Below, piece by piece: positions 13,882 to 27,711 of a stretch of 64,000 nucleotides of DNA. The DNA is from Octopus vulgaris (Eukaryota). The stretch spans positions 88,350,001 to 88,414,000 of the forward strand of contig OX597825.1 in assembly GCA_951406725.2 (NCBI GenBank). The letters are read 5' to 3'. The position numbers and the translations under genes were made by a program. The notes under the pieces are model-generated. The model was not told where the DNA came from, did not search any database, and saw nothing but the letters and a program-made list of their open reading frames with translations. Numbering within the stretch: the first letter of the stretch is position 1; the number at the start of each line of letters is the position of its first letter.

Positions 13882-14056
13882 AACTTATTGATAGAAATGG
13901 CAAGACAACAAAAGACTGAAAGAGACCTCAATATTATGTAAATAGAGGAATTTATTTGTAAATATATGTGACAATTATTCGGTAATCATGATAAAACTCC
14001 GCTTTTCGGATGTCGGGCAATAACCCACGCCGGTATCTCTTCAGTTATCGGGCCTT
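13882..14056 (-). mobile_element. Family B pseudo-LTR directly upstream of the PLE ORF, with degraded hammerhead (13990-14049)
   Basis: Minus strand gataa-CTGAAGA-gataccgg...ccgacatcc-GAAA-agcggag-TT^ttatc; inverted relative to 14626-14731 and homologous to 59326-59435 and 62871-63028. Confidence 0.75.
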
Positions 14057-14633
14057 ATCCTGTGTACTGATTTCTATGACTTCGTTTGCCTGTTTTTTTA
14101 CACCTTTTTAAGATAAATTTTTCTGTATTTTGCATTTAGCCTTGATGTTTCTTGTTCTTGTGCGTATATTGACGTGTTTACGATTTTTTGTGCGCGTATA
14201 TAGACGTGTGCGGGTATGTGCGTATATAGACGTGTTTTACTCTTATTGCTTATGTTTTACACTTTTTTTACACGTTTTTCTGTATTTTGTCTTTAGCCCT
14301 GTTTTTTTCTTGTGCATGTGCGTATATAGACGTGTGTATGAACCTTTTTTTGTGCGCGCGGGTATGTATATATTTTTTGGTGAATGTGTGGGAGAGCATG
14401 TGAGGGTGGATGAGTATATACTTATAGGCGCATATAGATGAGTGTGTGTGCGCGCAAGTGTATGTATGGACACGCGCGCTTACGCGATTACTATGACCAA
14501 TTTTACTCCCTACTTTTACTCCCTCTCCTTACTTAGCGATCATTCTAATTGCTCTTTTGACTTAATAACGGTCAATCACATATTAATCTCTTTGTTTTAA
14601 CGGTCATTTTCATAGCATTTTTTTGTATGGTCC

Positions 14634-14694
14634 GATAACTGAAGAGATGCCGGCGTAGGTTTCCACCCCGACATCCGAAACTCTGAGTCTTATC
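14634..14694 (+). ncRNA. Type I hammerhead ribozyme motif (family B), apparently intact core
   Basis: GATAA-CTGAAGA-GATGCCGG(loop)CCGACATC-C-GAAA-CTCtGAG-TC^TTATC: perfect 5-bp stem I, stem II 7/8 bp plus an extra C, quasi-palindromic stem III ACTC-T-GAGT, GUC cleavage triplet after 14689. Confidence 0.8.
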
Positions 14695-14847
14695 ATGGCT
14701 ACCGAATAATTGTCACATAGTAAATTTACAGGTATATATATACATACATATATACATATATGTGTGTGCGTGTGTTAATATATGTATGCACGTATATATA
14801 TATGTGTGTATGTCTGTGTGTATTTTTATATATGTGTTTATATGTGT

Positions 14848-14929
<82 letters not shown>

Positions 14930-14984
14930 ACAGCACAGTGTAACCGAACCTAATGTTTTTGCTATTACATTTCACATTATTGTC

Positions 14985-15005
14985 ATTTTTCTTTTCTCTT
15001 TGCAG
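14985..15005 (+). promoter_or_regulatory. Probable splice acceptor of the GPCR coding exon
   Basis: Polypyrimidine tract tttttcttttctcttt followed by gcag, 21 nt upstream of the ATG; implies an upstream exon that I did not identify. Confidence 0.7.
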
Positions 15006-15026
15006 TTTTTCCACCCTATTCACAGC

Positions 15027-16334
15027 ATGCCGGACACGATGAATAATACAGCTGTACCCGAAAAAGAAGCAGAGTACAGTGTGGAATATATGCTTGGATT
15101 TTTTGTTATTGTTGGTGTGTTGGGTAATGGTCTCGCAATTTGTGTATTTGCCAGAAAAAAAGAGAAATTGCCACACACCATATTCATTATTACATTAGCA
15201 TTCACGGATTTTCTTACATGCTCCATAGTGGTTCCCCTGGCGATATACATGATCCATATGCGTTTTGAAACAAACTCTGAAGTGTTGTGCAAAGTGTATT
15301 TTTTCCTCATTACATCTAATGTACCTTTCTCTGCATTTATCATGGTTGCTATTGCAGTCGAGCGCTATTTGTCAGTATGCCATCCTTTTTTGCATTTAAT
15401 GAAACCTAAAAGCACAATATTCACTATATTAACAATGTTGTTATTTGCATCTTCCCTGGGTGTAATGACCTCTTTGATGCATAGACCAAGGTCTGTTTCA
15501 TGTTCAAATTCATCGGAAATGGAAGTACTTCAGAGTTTTAATATTTCCAAAGACAGTGCATTGAATATAACTGACTTTATGAGATTCGACGAACAGGTAT
15601 TTAACGATAATTTCACCAATATTTATTTGAACGCATTAGACAATGAAGAACATTCAGAACAGTCTTGTACGAGATATGTCTGCAAAATCACCTTCCACCT
15701 TTTCTCTAAAGACTTTGTAAATATATATCAGAAAGTATATGCGTCCCTTTTTTTGTTGTCTTTTCTCAGTACTTTGGTACTCTATGGCTTGATATATCGT
15801 TGTGTGTTTTGGCGCAGAGCAAAACGTTGGAAATCTCATCTGAAACAACAGCAGATCCTCAGCAGCAACGGCGGCATGTCACAAACTGTGAACACCGTGG
15901 TGGACAATGAAGTCACTGAATTAACCGTCTTCAAAAACTCGCCTACGAACGCTGCAGCCGATGCAGATACAACAGTCGCAGGAAAGTCTGCTGCCAACGC
16001 TTCCAACCATGAAACAGAAATTATTTTGAAGAAAGGTGCCAAAGCAAACACTTTAAAGCGGCAAATTACAATGAAAGACAAGAATCGTTTCGCTAATTTT
16101 AAACTTGCTGTTATGCTGTTTGTGGTGAACTTAGTTTTCATTTGTGCTTTCTTGCCATCCTGGTTAATGGCAATCCATATAATCAAATTTACACCAATTA
16201 TCTTCTACGCATATTTTTGTTATAATGTAGCTAACCCTGTAATATATGCATTCTTAAACCCCTCCTTCAGGAAAGATCTTTATGCATTGATGTGTTTAGT
16301 AGTAAAGAAACGCTCCGCCAGGCAATATATATGA
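15027..16334 (+). CDS. Class A (rhodopsin-like) GPCR, peptide-receptor-like orphan, ~435 aa
   Basis: Seven hydrophobic segments with GN (TM1), LAFTD (TM2), Cys and ERY..VCHP (TM3), FICAFLP (TM6), NPVIY and FRKDL helix 8; NNT glycosylation site near the N-terminus. The first 89 codons of ORF 14760 are mostly microsatellite/intron. The true start may be in an upstream exon because the frame is open from the acceptor. Confidence 0.93.
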   Translation: MPDTMNNTAVPEKEAEYSVEYMLGFFVIVGVLGNGLAICVFARKKEKLPHTIFIITLAFTDFLTCSIVVPLAIYMIHMRFETNSEVLCKVYFFLITSNVPFSAFIMVAIAVERYLSVCHPFLHLMKPKSTIFTILTMLLFASSLGVMTSLMHRPRSVSCSNSSEMEVLQSFNISKDSALNITDFMRFDEQVFNDNFTNIYLNALDNEEHSEQSCTRYVCKITFHLFSKDFVNIYQKVYASLFLLSFLSTLVLYGLIYRCVFWRRAKRWKSHLKQQQILSSNGGMSQTVNTVVDNEVTELTVFKNSPTNAAADADTTVAGKSAANASNHETEIILKKGAKANTLKRQITMKDKNRFANFKLAVMLFVVNLVFICAFLPSWLMAIHIIKFTPIIFYAYFCYNVANPVIYAFLNPSFRKDLYALMCLVVKKRSARQYI

Positions 16335-18164
16335 CACAAAACCGAAATGATGTCCGCTACTACAACAATTTATTAGCTACAGACTGCATGCTCTCAACAA
16401 ATAAACATACACATCACCAAAAATAAAATTCTGATGCTTGTGAACGTCAATTTATGTATGCATATGTGTGACAATGAGTATGTGTATGTCTGGTGTATAT
16501 AGAATTATTAAGAACAATATGGGTTTATCCCGATCTGAACTGGAATCTTGAACGACGTCATATATAAACCAGAGAAGATATTTATTATTCATTGCGTCAT
16601 TGGTATAATTGATTTCACATGGCACAGTTCTTCGCAATTCCCCAGGTGAAGAATATAACAAACTGAAATATCTGTATATTGTTGACGCCACTGGAATTTG
16701 CAGCAATAAACTCTTACACAGCTGTGAATAAATAATGTGAGGACAGGAAAACCATCAAAATTGTTTATTTCCTGTTCATATTAACACAAGCAAACACACA
16801 CACACACAAACATGCACACAAAAGCACACACACACGCAAACAAACACGCACACACAGAAACACATGCACACGCATTCAAACACACACGCACACACAAACG
16901 CACACATGCGCAAACACACGCACATAAACAGACAAACACACACACACGCACACAAACACACATACACAAATACAAACACATGCACACACAAGCGAACATA
17001 CTAACACAAACACACACTTAAATTCATAAGTTTAAGGGAAACAGCAACAGTATTTTATTTTAGAAGCAATAAAAATGCACAGGTTATTTACGATTGAAAA
17101 ATGCGGATGATATTCGTACACACACATACATGTAAACGGAAGAAATGATACTCGTTATCGTAATCAAAGAGATCATTAATTTCCAGTAGTGTATTACAGT
17201 AGACGAACACACACACAAACGCACTACACATCATACTTGTACGCAGAGACGCGTGTGTAAGAAAGAGCAACGGGTTAACTAATTATATTTAGGAATACAA
17301 TTTAAAGTTAAGTATATTCTTAATAAGATAATACATCTTAAATTTGTTACGAAAATGTGTGTCATTAGTTCATATAACAGCATTAAAATTAAGTACGATG
17401 TGTTCTTCAATTTATCAAAATTCTACAACATCTGCAGGCGTGCATAATTCCTATTTCTTAGTTTCGTATGTAGAGGTCAGTTCTGCCAACGACAGTTCAC
17501 CATTTCTTTCACATTCTGCTCTTTTAACTGTTCTCCTTAACAATGACTTACAGATACGAAATAAGGTTGGTGGAAGGTATCCTGTACACCTTCATTTACT
17601 CGTTTTATACTCGTACATCATCGAGGTGTGTTGTTCTGTTTCAGTGAAAGTCCTATCATTCAGAACATTGAACCGCTCGTAACATTCAATTTCCGAGTTC
17701 ATTTCATTTCCAGCAATACCCATGATATTTCTTGTCCAACAATAATGAAATTTACTATTAATTAGGTGGCAGCGTTAAGGAATTGAAAGCAACATATGAT
17801 ATTGCATTTAATATTAGACTGAATGACTATTAAAATATTATTTACAGGATGTTGAAACTGTATTTTCTTTTTACGGGAGGAAAGATAATAATTTCATGAA
17901 TCAACTAATTTCTCGTGTGTCTGATACTGTAAGAAATTGGTAAGTAATTGATACATTACCAGTTTGATATATGGCAATGTATAAGCTTCCATTTATGTAT
18001 TTATGATTTGTTGCAGCTTACGGCCCTTGGGGCCTGATATTCGCACGCTCACACACACACACACACACACATATATATAAGAGTATAATTGTAGGTCTAC
18101 CGGTACAAGCATATTTATCTATCAATCTATCTGTCAGTCAGTCAATCTATTTATCCCTCTATCT

Positions 18165-18205
<41 letters not shown>

Positions 18206-18265
18206 ATATATATATATCTAAGCTCACAGATATACTTGTATGCTTCCATATACATACATACATAT

Positions 18266-18385
<120 letters not shown>

Positions 18386-18767
18386 CCGTGTTTGTATGGT
18401 TGTGTGTATATACATACATACATAAACAAGTGTGTAAGTAGGTGTGTTTGTTTCCATGATCAGACCTATATCTATACGCAGATATCTTTTCGAGATGGTG
18501 AGTGACTCAAATACTCTCGGAATCTATAGAAATCTGACAATGAGGTAAAACGACTGTGAAAACAATAAGCCCGATAACGTTAAAGATATCAATTTTTGAT
18601 TGGTCAAGGTATGACTTTTGGAACCTATATTTGCAAAATCATGTGCATATGTCACTGAAATTATGAATATCCTTACATAATACTCAAATATAATAGAATC
18701 CTTTCATATCTACATTTACTCACAGCTACTCACATACACACACGCAGTGGGCTTTTTCTTGGTGGGG

Positions 18768-18814
<47 letters not shown>

Positions 18815-20610
18815 CTTTGAGCGAATGTAGATACGCATGGATTCCATTATATTTGATTTTTATGCAATGATATTCATAGTTTCAGTGAAATAAACCAATG
18901 ATTTTGCAAACATGCCTTCTTAAATCATACCACAACCAATCGAAAATTGATATCTTTAATGGTATTGCACTTATTGATTTGACAATCGTTTCGGAAAAAA
19001 TGACCTGGAAGAAAGTTATCCGACGCTGATCACCATTGAAGTGATTTTTGTCTATGCTCTGGCTGCATTTTGCCATCATTTCAGGGAATGCGGTCCTCGT
19101 GGTATCTGATCTCGCAGATATACATTTAAATAACCCGAAAGTAATTACTGCTAAGAATACCACAGATGAGGTGATCCCCCTCAACAAGGTTAAAAAACAA
19201 TGTATAAAGCTCGGAAATACCAAGAGCAGCTGCAGTGACAGAGAGAGCAGCAAGTTTCTTGCTTTATGTTCTGACACCTCTTGAATAATCAACTATTTCA
19301 GGTGTATTAGCACACATATATATGTACATACACGATCAGAACTATCTTACACATGACACACACATACATACATACACACACAATCGCAAACGCACATATG
19401 TATAGTCATAATGAGGATATTTAAGCCTCTTATAGAAATATTTATCCAAGATAAACTTGTTTAATATATGAGATAATTCTTCAATGAATGTATTCTATAG
19501 AATACCCTAAAAATCAAACATTTTTCATCAAGTTTGAAAACAAAAAGACTTAATGGATACAGATTAATTTATTATTTAATCAACATATTCACCAATAATT
19601 GTTTCGCTTCACAAACAAAATTAGAATCCCCAAACATATAAATATAAAATTTTGCATTTTAAATACCTTCTATGGAAAATCGCCAGGGTGGGCATGAAAC
19701 AAAACAGATTACATTAGGATACACAGAATATACAGACATCTTTATAATGAGTGCATGTATACGTATATATCAGTATGTATGCCTCCAGTAAGAGTTTACA
19801 AGTTCACGCGTTTCTCATTGGAAATAAATATATTGGGAGATACGATTTTTAGTAGTAAACAGCCTACGTCATCAACTAATGACTTTCATAGGCGTATGAA
19901 TATATTTATTTGCACATTGACCATTCCAAGCTTAAAAACTGGACTTGAAATATATTCTTTATTCAAGTGGGCTAAATACTTCCACAAAGCTTAATTAACG
20001 AATACCTTCACGTTCATGGAAACTCTCACAAGGCATTTGATTAAAAGTAAACACGCCCCCCACTCCATACACACGCACTCGGTCTATAGCATACAGCGGT
20101 ACTTTCCTGTTTTAATTTGAGCTTCACACAGCACAATATATTTGTAATTGAACAAGAATATTTTAAGAACAGTCGCTGGAGAATATATTATCCGCCAAGA
20201 CAGAGTCTTCAGGCAGTTTAAGTGATCTAAACGCTATCGGCAGAAATGATTAACTGTTATGATGTGTTGAAGAGTGAGGTGGACGAGTCTATGGACGAGT
20301 CGACAACAGCTTTCCTACGCGGCTCATCTTATTTCATGACTATAGTGTTGTGCAGATCAGCCTATGCGACAGAGGCAATTGGAAAGCATTCAGAAGTTAA
20401 GTTTTCATAGGCAAAATTATAAATGCTACAATTTTCGATTCCAGCGTTAAATATTTGGAACAGAATTTGCCATTTCTAGACAGTTATCTGCGGGGATACC
20501 TGCCGTCACAATTGCGTCACGGATCACAATTGCTATGGCAGTCTCTAAATCCCCTTTGCAAAAAATGCTATACATATAGGCGCAAATACACACACACACA
20601 CACGTGTGTG

Positions 20611-20657
<47 letters not shown>

Positions 20658-20869
20658 GTGTGTGTGTGTATGTGTGTGTGTATCATTATATGTATGTGTA
20701 TATATGTATGCATGCATATATGTGTGTGTATGTATGTATGTATGTATGAAACCATTCAGTGTGTTTTGTCTCGGGGAATATTTTTTCCCTGTAAACAAAT
20801 AAGGTACTTACACCTTATATGCGCAAACACGTACACATACATATACTTACTTATATACATATATATAGT

Positions 20870-21475
20870 GGCTGATTCCTCGCATCCGGGCAAAGCCTTT
20901 GCTGGAAAGAATCATTGAAATGAGTGATTGATCATGAAATGTGAGGCCCTTCTATGACACTTGAGCCTTGCCAAAGATTTGCAGAGTTGTGAGCAATAGT
21001 CGTATCAGAATATGCAAGAATTTGATTCATCTGTCTTCTCCGATAGCTGAGACGGTCTGCTCGACTCAGGAATTTCCTCCTACAAATCACACACGTAAAA
21101 AACAACACTCCTTCATTTTCTATTCGTTTATTCCTTCTAAGATTTCTCTCGATCTTCTCCTGTTTCAATCTCGCTTTGAAACTTCGAACAACCAAAGTGC
21201 ACCGTTTTCCTCCATCCATTTCGCTTCTCTCCCACACAGTTAACTTCTGGAATCCCTGTCTCTGGCAAAGCAGTTTTAAGAACCGCACTTTGGATTTATA
21301 TGCTGGCCTTTTACAATCTTCCAGCTCACCATACAAAAGTTGTTTTGGGAGTATTCAATCATTCATTCTCACCAGATCTCCGGCTCGCCTCAAACTACTG
21401 TGCAGAATAACCGATTCCACACTCCCATTACAACTCCTTTCAAGTACATATACGTCACTGATCGCCATTCTCTAA
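20870..21475 (-). mobile_element. RTE-clade LINE 3' fragment
   Basis: RMND*ILPKQLLYGEL..KRP..K.RF and C-terminal FTCVICRRKFLSRA..SYRR (C2H2-like), typical of RTE ORF ends. Confidence 0.8.
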
Positions 21476-22004
21476 TTTATCCCAAGAATATTCCGCAGAC
21501 AATATTGATGTAATAGTTCCAATTGCCTCAAATGCTTACGATAAACAACCCATGGCTCATATCCATAGGGCAATAATGGCTGAACACATGTGCTCTAAGC
21601 TCTAACTTTAGTTGGCATAGATACACAATATATATACACACTCGCATACATGTATATACAACTATATAGACTTATGTATATTTGTGAGCATTCTTACATA
21701 AGCCCACCCAGAGACACACATACACGCACACGCATTCACACATGCAATATTGTATATGTGATGAGGAAATCGATTTCACAACGTAGTGACCCCTCCAACG
21801 GTACGTTTCTATTGACATTGGCAATGCTTTGTTCCCGATGACAGTGCACCACCAGTGGTGACCCCTGCCCACGTGGGCACAGGAATTCCCCATTACCTAT
21901 AAGTAATCACGAATCGGTGTTTTTTCGTTAATCGTGCACGGTGACTCGAGTAGAAGCTATTCTTTGCCGACTAACATGTTTACACGTTTATGTATGCACG
22001 CCTG

Positions 22005-22046
<42 letters not shown>

Positions 22047-22881
22047 TTTGCCTGTCTGTCTGTATGTATGGTCTGTGTGTGTGTAAATACTGTGTATTCA
22101 TCGTTAAATAACGCAAGAGGGTTCCGCAATTTGTTGCTGAACAACCAAACAGATGATTTGCTTATGGTGATCAAATGTCTGTGATTGCAGAAGCTCCCCC
22201 CCTCCCTCCATCAAATCGACATTCATTGTACAAGCCACACGATGTGCCACATCTCAGGTGATGAAATGATCGCCGAGTAACGTGAAATCAAGTACTTTGC
22301 TCAAGAGCAAAACACATGGTCCGAGCGTTTGTGTAGATGTATGTGCGTTTGTGTGTGTATATGTGCGCGTTGTGTCTATATGGGTGTGTTTGTGTCTATG
22401 GCTGTGCGTTTGTGTCTACATATGCGTCTATATTTACATATATGTGCTTGCGTTTTTTGTACATTTAGATGAGTACAACGTCTTTAAGTTACAACATATC
22501 TAGAACTACTTCTTTATTTAAATCACGCATCCATTCCTAAAATATCCAACAAATATATCCAGAAGTAATGGGACTGATTTGCGCCCTTCTTGCCCTTATT
22601 ATATTTCCTCCTTCTCTCCCACTCACCCGTGCCGTTCATGCTTTTCTGTCACTTACACAATATGCTTAAGATCTGTTGCTCGCTTTCCTCTGATCGTCTG
22701 AATAAATGTCTGGACGAGAAACTGCCAAGTCATGTTCAATAGAATGACAATTAGTATTAAAAACTAAGCATTTATTTGGTTCTTTACTCAGTGAATATTA
22801 GTTTTATGCTTTTAATAGTGAAGATTGTTAAGCTACAATTCGTTTTATGGTTAGATTAATAGCACAATATATATATATATA

Positions 22882-23024
22882 TTATTTAAAGGCAGCAGAA
22901 ATTTATCAAAACCTGTTACTCTGTTTTGTTGAATTTCTGCTGCTTTTAAATAAAGCATATTACTCTATCCCTGGTATTTGAGTACTCTTTTTACCACCTT
23001 GTTTCACATTTATGTGTTTACTCC

Positions 23025-23027
<3 letters not shown>
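22882..23027 (+). mobile_element. Short (TA)n-flanked repeat with a 5' fold-back
   Basis: ttatttaaaggcagcagaaattt (22882-22904) is inverted to gaatttctgctgcttttaaataa (22931-22953); ends in (TA)n. Confidence 0.6.
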
Positions 23028-23085
<58 letters not shown>

Positions 23086-25176
23086 CTGTAATCCGTTAAG
23101 ATGTAAGTATGCAAAAGGACAACAATGAAACAGGTCACAATGATGGATTGAATAAATAAATCTTGTTCCACATGAACATAGGACAGGTACAAATGTGTTT
23201 TTAATATTCATCAATTTTTCAGTCGTTGTACCGCAAAATAATGTTTGAGAAACCCCTGTTCCTTGCTAGGAACAGACATTTCCCTCATTTCGCTAATCAA
23301 TCGACAACATTGATGGTTTTTAAGCCATCTCTCAAATCATTCCACGTGCAATTATTTTTGGGGGGCGGATACATGTCTATGTGTGGTTTCCTTCATTGCT
23401 AATCCAATCCTATCACAAAAAATACCACATTTCATTTTTGATTTCACAACACATTAAAGAAAATACGAAAAATTATTGTTTCAAAATTAACATCGATTTT
23501 GCGGTACGTTTGCTCCACCAGCCGACAAAACGGTGCCTCACAGCATTTATGACGATGGTAGAGCAAACAGACGCTGTGTGTTCCTGAGGAGAACAAATAC
23601 TAAAGAGTATTTGTGCACCAAAGCACCGCAGCTTTATCTTGTGTGTGTGTTTTGTGTGTATGTTTCGCTTATGTATTTCAATGAACGATATCAACACCCA
23701 TATACACATACATCTACAAACAGTTTTCATACGTTGTGCATTGTAACAATATTTATTTTATATTTTTTTTATTTACATATATCTATCTTCTTAATTAACT
23801 ATGCTAAGCATAGTTTCCTGAAACAAAGATTATTGGTAAAGAATTTTCTCTACAAGCCGCAAACTTGTTTCCACCTACACACGCCTTCGCATGCGTTCAT
23901 AGACAGACTGAACTAAAATACAATAAGAATTCTTCATACTTTTTTGGTTGCAATGCATCCAAAATGCTGCTGAATACCCGTAGTTCTGTTAATGGCAAGG
24001 TGCATCCATGTCACACAAACGTGCCATTCAACGGGTCTTAGAATAATTAATTATAATAACCTTATTAATCTGCTATAATGAACCAAATTTAAGCTGATAG
24101 CATCTATTTTCTATCTTAATCTGATATGATTTATCGCACAGAATGTTTCGATACACAAAAGACTTACAAGCAATAAAATATGTCCGTACGCAACTCTCTA
24201 CTTATACATACATACATACACATTGAAACAGATAGACAGACACACACACAGACACACACACACACATATATGTATGTATTTGACTTATAATTTTCATGAG
24301 AAAATTGTCATTATCAAAACCACATTTATTTGGCCAAACCTAAACGTTTCATTTTCCTGGTTTTAATCTTTTTTTTCTCTGAATCAGTTATGACATCAGT
24401 TTTGTATATTTTCAACAACAACAAAAAAAAAAATACACAAGTAATTTTCTTTGAAAAACTATTTTCTATGTATATTAAATTTGTAATCATATTTAAATAA
24501 TTGAAGCTTTTTTCATGACCTGTGGGTACAAGCATTAATTGTTCAAGTGATAATAATGATAATATTCAACCTTGCCTGGTGATTGTAAAAAACCATTGTG
24601 ACGGTAATATTATAATGATGATGATTACGCTGATGATGATATTAACGAGCATTAATGCTAATTATAATTGTGAACATGGCAATGATTTTGATGAGGCTGC
24701 AGTTGATCAGAATTAGGGCGAAGAATTAAATGGCCATAGTTACAATGAAAAAGACTTTTGAATTTCAAAATAATGTTATTGGTAATAACACTCTTCACAC
24801 TCGCCCAGTATTTAATATTCGATATTTAACAATGTAGCATGAATGTTTTAATTTATGCTCCTCATTCCCTGATAAATTCAGTTCCCTCCATATTTTTGTG
24901 AATAATTACTAATATTGTTCTCGAATTTTCTCCATTTCAAGTTGTTATTCAATGATCTTTTTCTGTGTGTCATTTCAATATATGATGTAGAGGTCATGTG
25001 TATATATAATGGATTTTATTGTGACTTTAACTTTTAATTTTCAATAACTTTTCTATGTGTTGTTTATTATCTGAGACAATCTGATACACAGAACATTTTT
25101 TCTTACTCATGTCATAATGCGTTAATGTAATAATTGAGATTTTAAAATTATGTATATCTGAAGACGTACATACACG

Positions 25177-25217
<41 letters not shown>

Positions 25218-25268
25218 GTGTATATATATGTGTGTGTGTGTGTGTGTTTGTACGTGTGTGTGTTTGTT

Positions 25269-25309
<41 letters not shown>

Positions 25310-25399
25310 AGAGGGCTAGGGTTGAGAAATTCATGAGAACTGATCTGTAATTGTATGTATCTAGAATTTCTATAAAGTATATCCATTGACCTGCCCCAG

Positions 25400-26190
25400 C
25401 CGGCGGAACTCATTATTCCTTACCCTGTGATTTCCTACGGATCATTTCTCTCCTTCTGTCTTTCAATGACCTGCTTGCCCTCACACCTAACAACACCAAC
25501 GCATATGTAGATGCTGCAAACCTTTGTTGCTCTCTAACGATCCCGAGCTAGGCATCACCCACACGCTGTCTTTACACCTCAAGCCAATCCTGTACTTATT
25601 CCATAAACAGAGATATTAAGAGCATCCTGCAGTGGGGTCTTAAAAGAATTGCCTCATTTAATAGCGTAAACAATTAAGCCTTGCTCATATACGAAAAACA
25701 TTACTGCGATATAGGAGTTTTAACAGTTGCTCAGAAATACTATACACCAATATCATCGAGAATCTCTTTTAGCGAAAGCGAATCCGTGGTTTAGGACCGA
25801 ATCACACAGACGAGTAATTGTCTTTGGGTACAGTAGATATTTCGTCTCCAGCGGTTGCTGCCGCTCATCAAAACTGAAATAAAGGACACATTCAAAAACT
25901 GAGTTCATATCTACTTTACCGATCTCCCGGATCGCATCCAGAGAAAGGCCAAGCCATTACTTACCCCTCCGTCACTAATGGATACATACTTCTCGCTTAT
26001 AGACTTGCTATCGCCTCTCTTTCGCCACCATTGTAGCCACTGAAGCTACACACTGGCTGATCTTGTCCGTCAATTACTCAGCCCTCCACTCTGTCCCACT
26101 CTTCTCTCCAGATATAGCCACCTCAGTAAAGTTCAACCCAGAATATTGTCTATCTGGTGTCCATTCCTAGTTAATATCTTTCCAGCAGGA
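25400..26190 (+). mobile_element. Degraded L2/CR1/Jockey-group LINE RT fragment
   Basis: In-frame pieces FNDLLALTPNNTNAYVDAANL (decayed YADD region), ILQWG and DRIQRKA. Confidence 0.65.
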
Positions 26191-26881
26191 TATATATATA
26201 TATATGTATATATAAATCTTGTATGTATATGTGTGTGTGTGTGGATGAATGCTTACTGAAGTATTACATTTACGTTATCATTGAACACTGTCACTTAATT
26301 TCATTGCAGTTTGGTGTTTCTTGGGAAACGACACATGAAAAAATGAATTAAATAAATAAATAAATAAATATAAAAAAAATAACTACTACATTCGTGAGTA
26401 GAGATGTTTTACAAAAGAAAACTTTCCTCAAATTGGATGACACGCGCGTGCAAACACACATTATTTAAAATAATTTCAACAGACAAAACATCCAATACAA
26501 AATGGTTATAAGAGTTGTATGATTGTTTTTCCTTATATTTAGAATATTCCTTGAAATAGGGCAACATTGAACTCTCATCAATGATAATAATCGATATCGT
26601 TTTTCTTCATTGCTCTCAAAAGTGACATCGTTTCTTTATATTAATCCAAATTAAAATTACCATTCATGTCCTTAAACATAAAATACCCCATTTCTCTCTC
26701 ACGCTCTCTCCCTCTCTCTCTCTCTCACTTACACATAGACACATAACATGCATATGCCTGTGTGTATGTGTGAGCCTGTGTGTTTCTGTCTCTGTGCATA
26801 TTTGAAACGTACATGCAGGACGTAATACATATTGCGTATTTGTCCGTGGAAACATATTTTCACAATCCATCGCAATCGACA

Positions 26882-27039
26882 CAGGCGTAGCTCTGTGGTA
26901 AGACGTTCGCTTCGAAACCACATGGATCTGAGTTCAGTCCCACTGCGTGTCTCATAAGATAAATATATACTACTATAGCGTCGCACCGACAAAAGCCTGC
27001 TGAGCGGATGTGGTCCAAGGAAACTGAAAGGAGACTATC

Positions 27040-27080
<41 letters not shown>

Positions 27081-27290
27081 TGCCTGTTTGTCTTTTTGTG
27101 CGTTTATCCGGCACCAACACTTTACAACCGCTATCGGTGTGTTTAGGAGCTTGGCACTTAGCAGTTTGGAAAAGAAGAACTACTAGAATTTGTATTGGAA
27201 CACATTCATTCGACTGAAAATCTGAAAGGTGCTGCCCCAGCATGGCCGCTAGTGGTCCAGCATGGCCGACGGAAACAAGTTATAGAGATA
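26882..27290 (+). mobile_element. tRNA-derived SINE family S3
   Basis: Head ctgtggtaagacgttcgcttc.aaaccacatgg.tctgagttcagtcccactgcgtg, internal (GT)n and tail aaggtgctgccccagcatggccgc...gaaacaagt. Confidence 0.8.
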
Positions 27291-27638
27291 AGACATTGAT
27301 TCAAAATGCATTGCTTTGTGGAATGGTATTTATATAGGGACACACAGACATGTATACTCATAGGCACCATCACATACAGGGAGATGACCATTTGTACAGC
27401 GGTGCATAGAAAACTAATATATATGCATCTATACAGAACGATGGAGACAGAGAGGAGGAGAGGGCAGGATGGAGAGTAAGATTAATTATGAGAATAAATA
27501 CTTGCCAATTATGAAATATTTATATGAACAGATCGATTAGCCTGGGGCTCAGAATATAACAGGCTTGCAGCTACACTTTAAAGTAAAGTCCGTACGTGTT
27601 TATGCGTGCATGTATATACATATATACACACATGCATG

Positions 27639-27711
<73 letters not shown>

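Noticed and set aside
14760-15026. N-terminal 89 aa of the 524-aa ORF
   Set aside because: Mostly microsatellite and polypyrimidine tract upstream of a splice acceptor; not part of the receptor, apart from possibly 7 codons after 15005.
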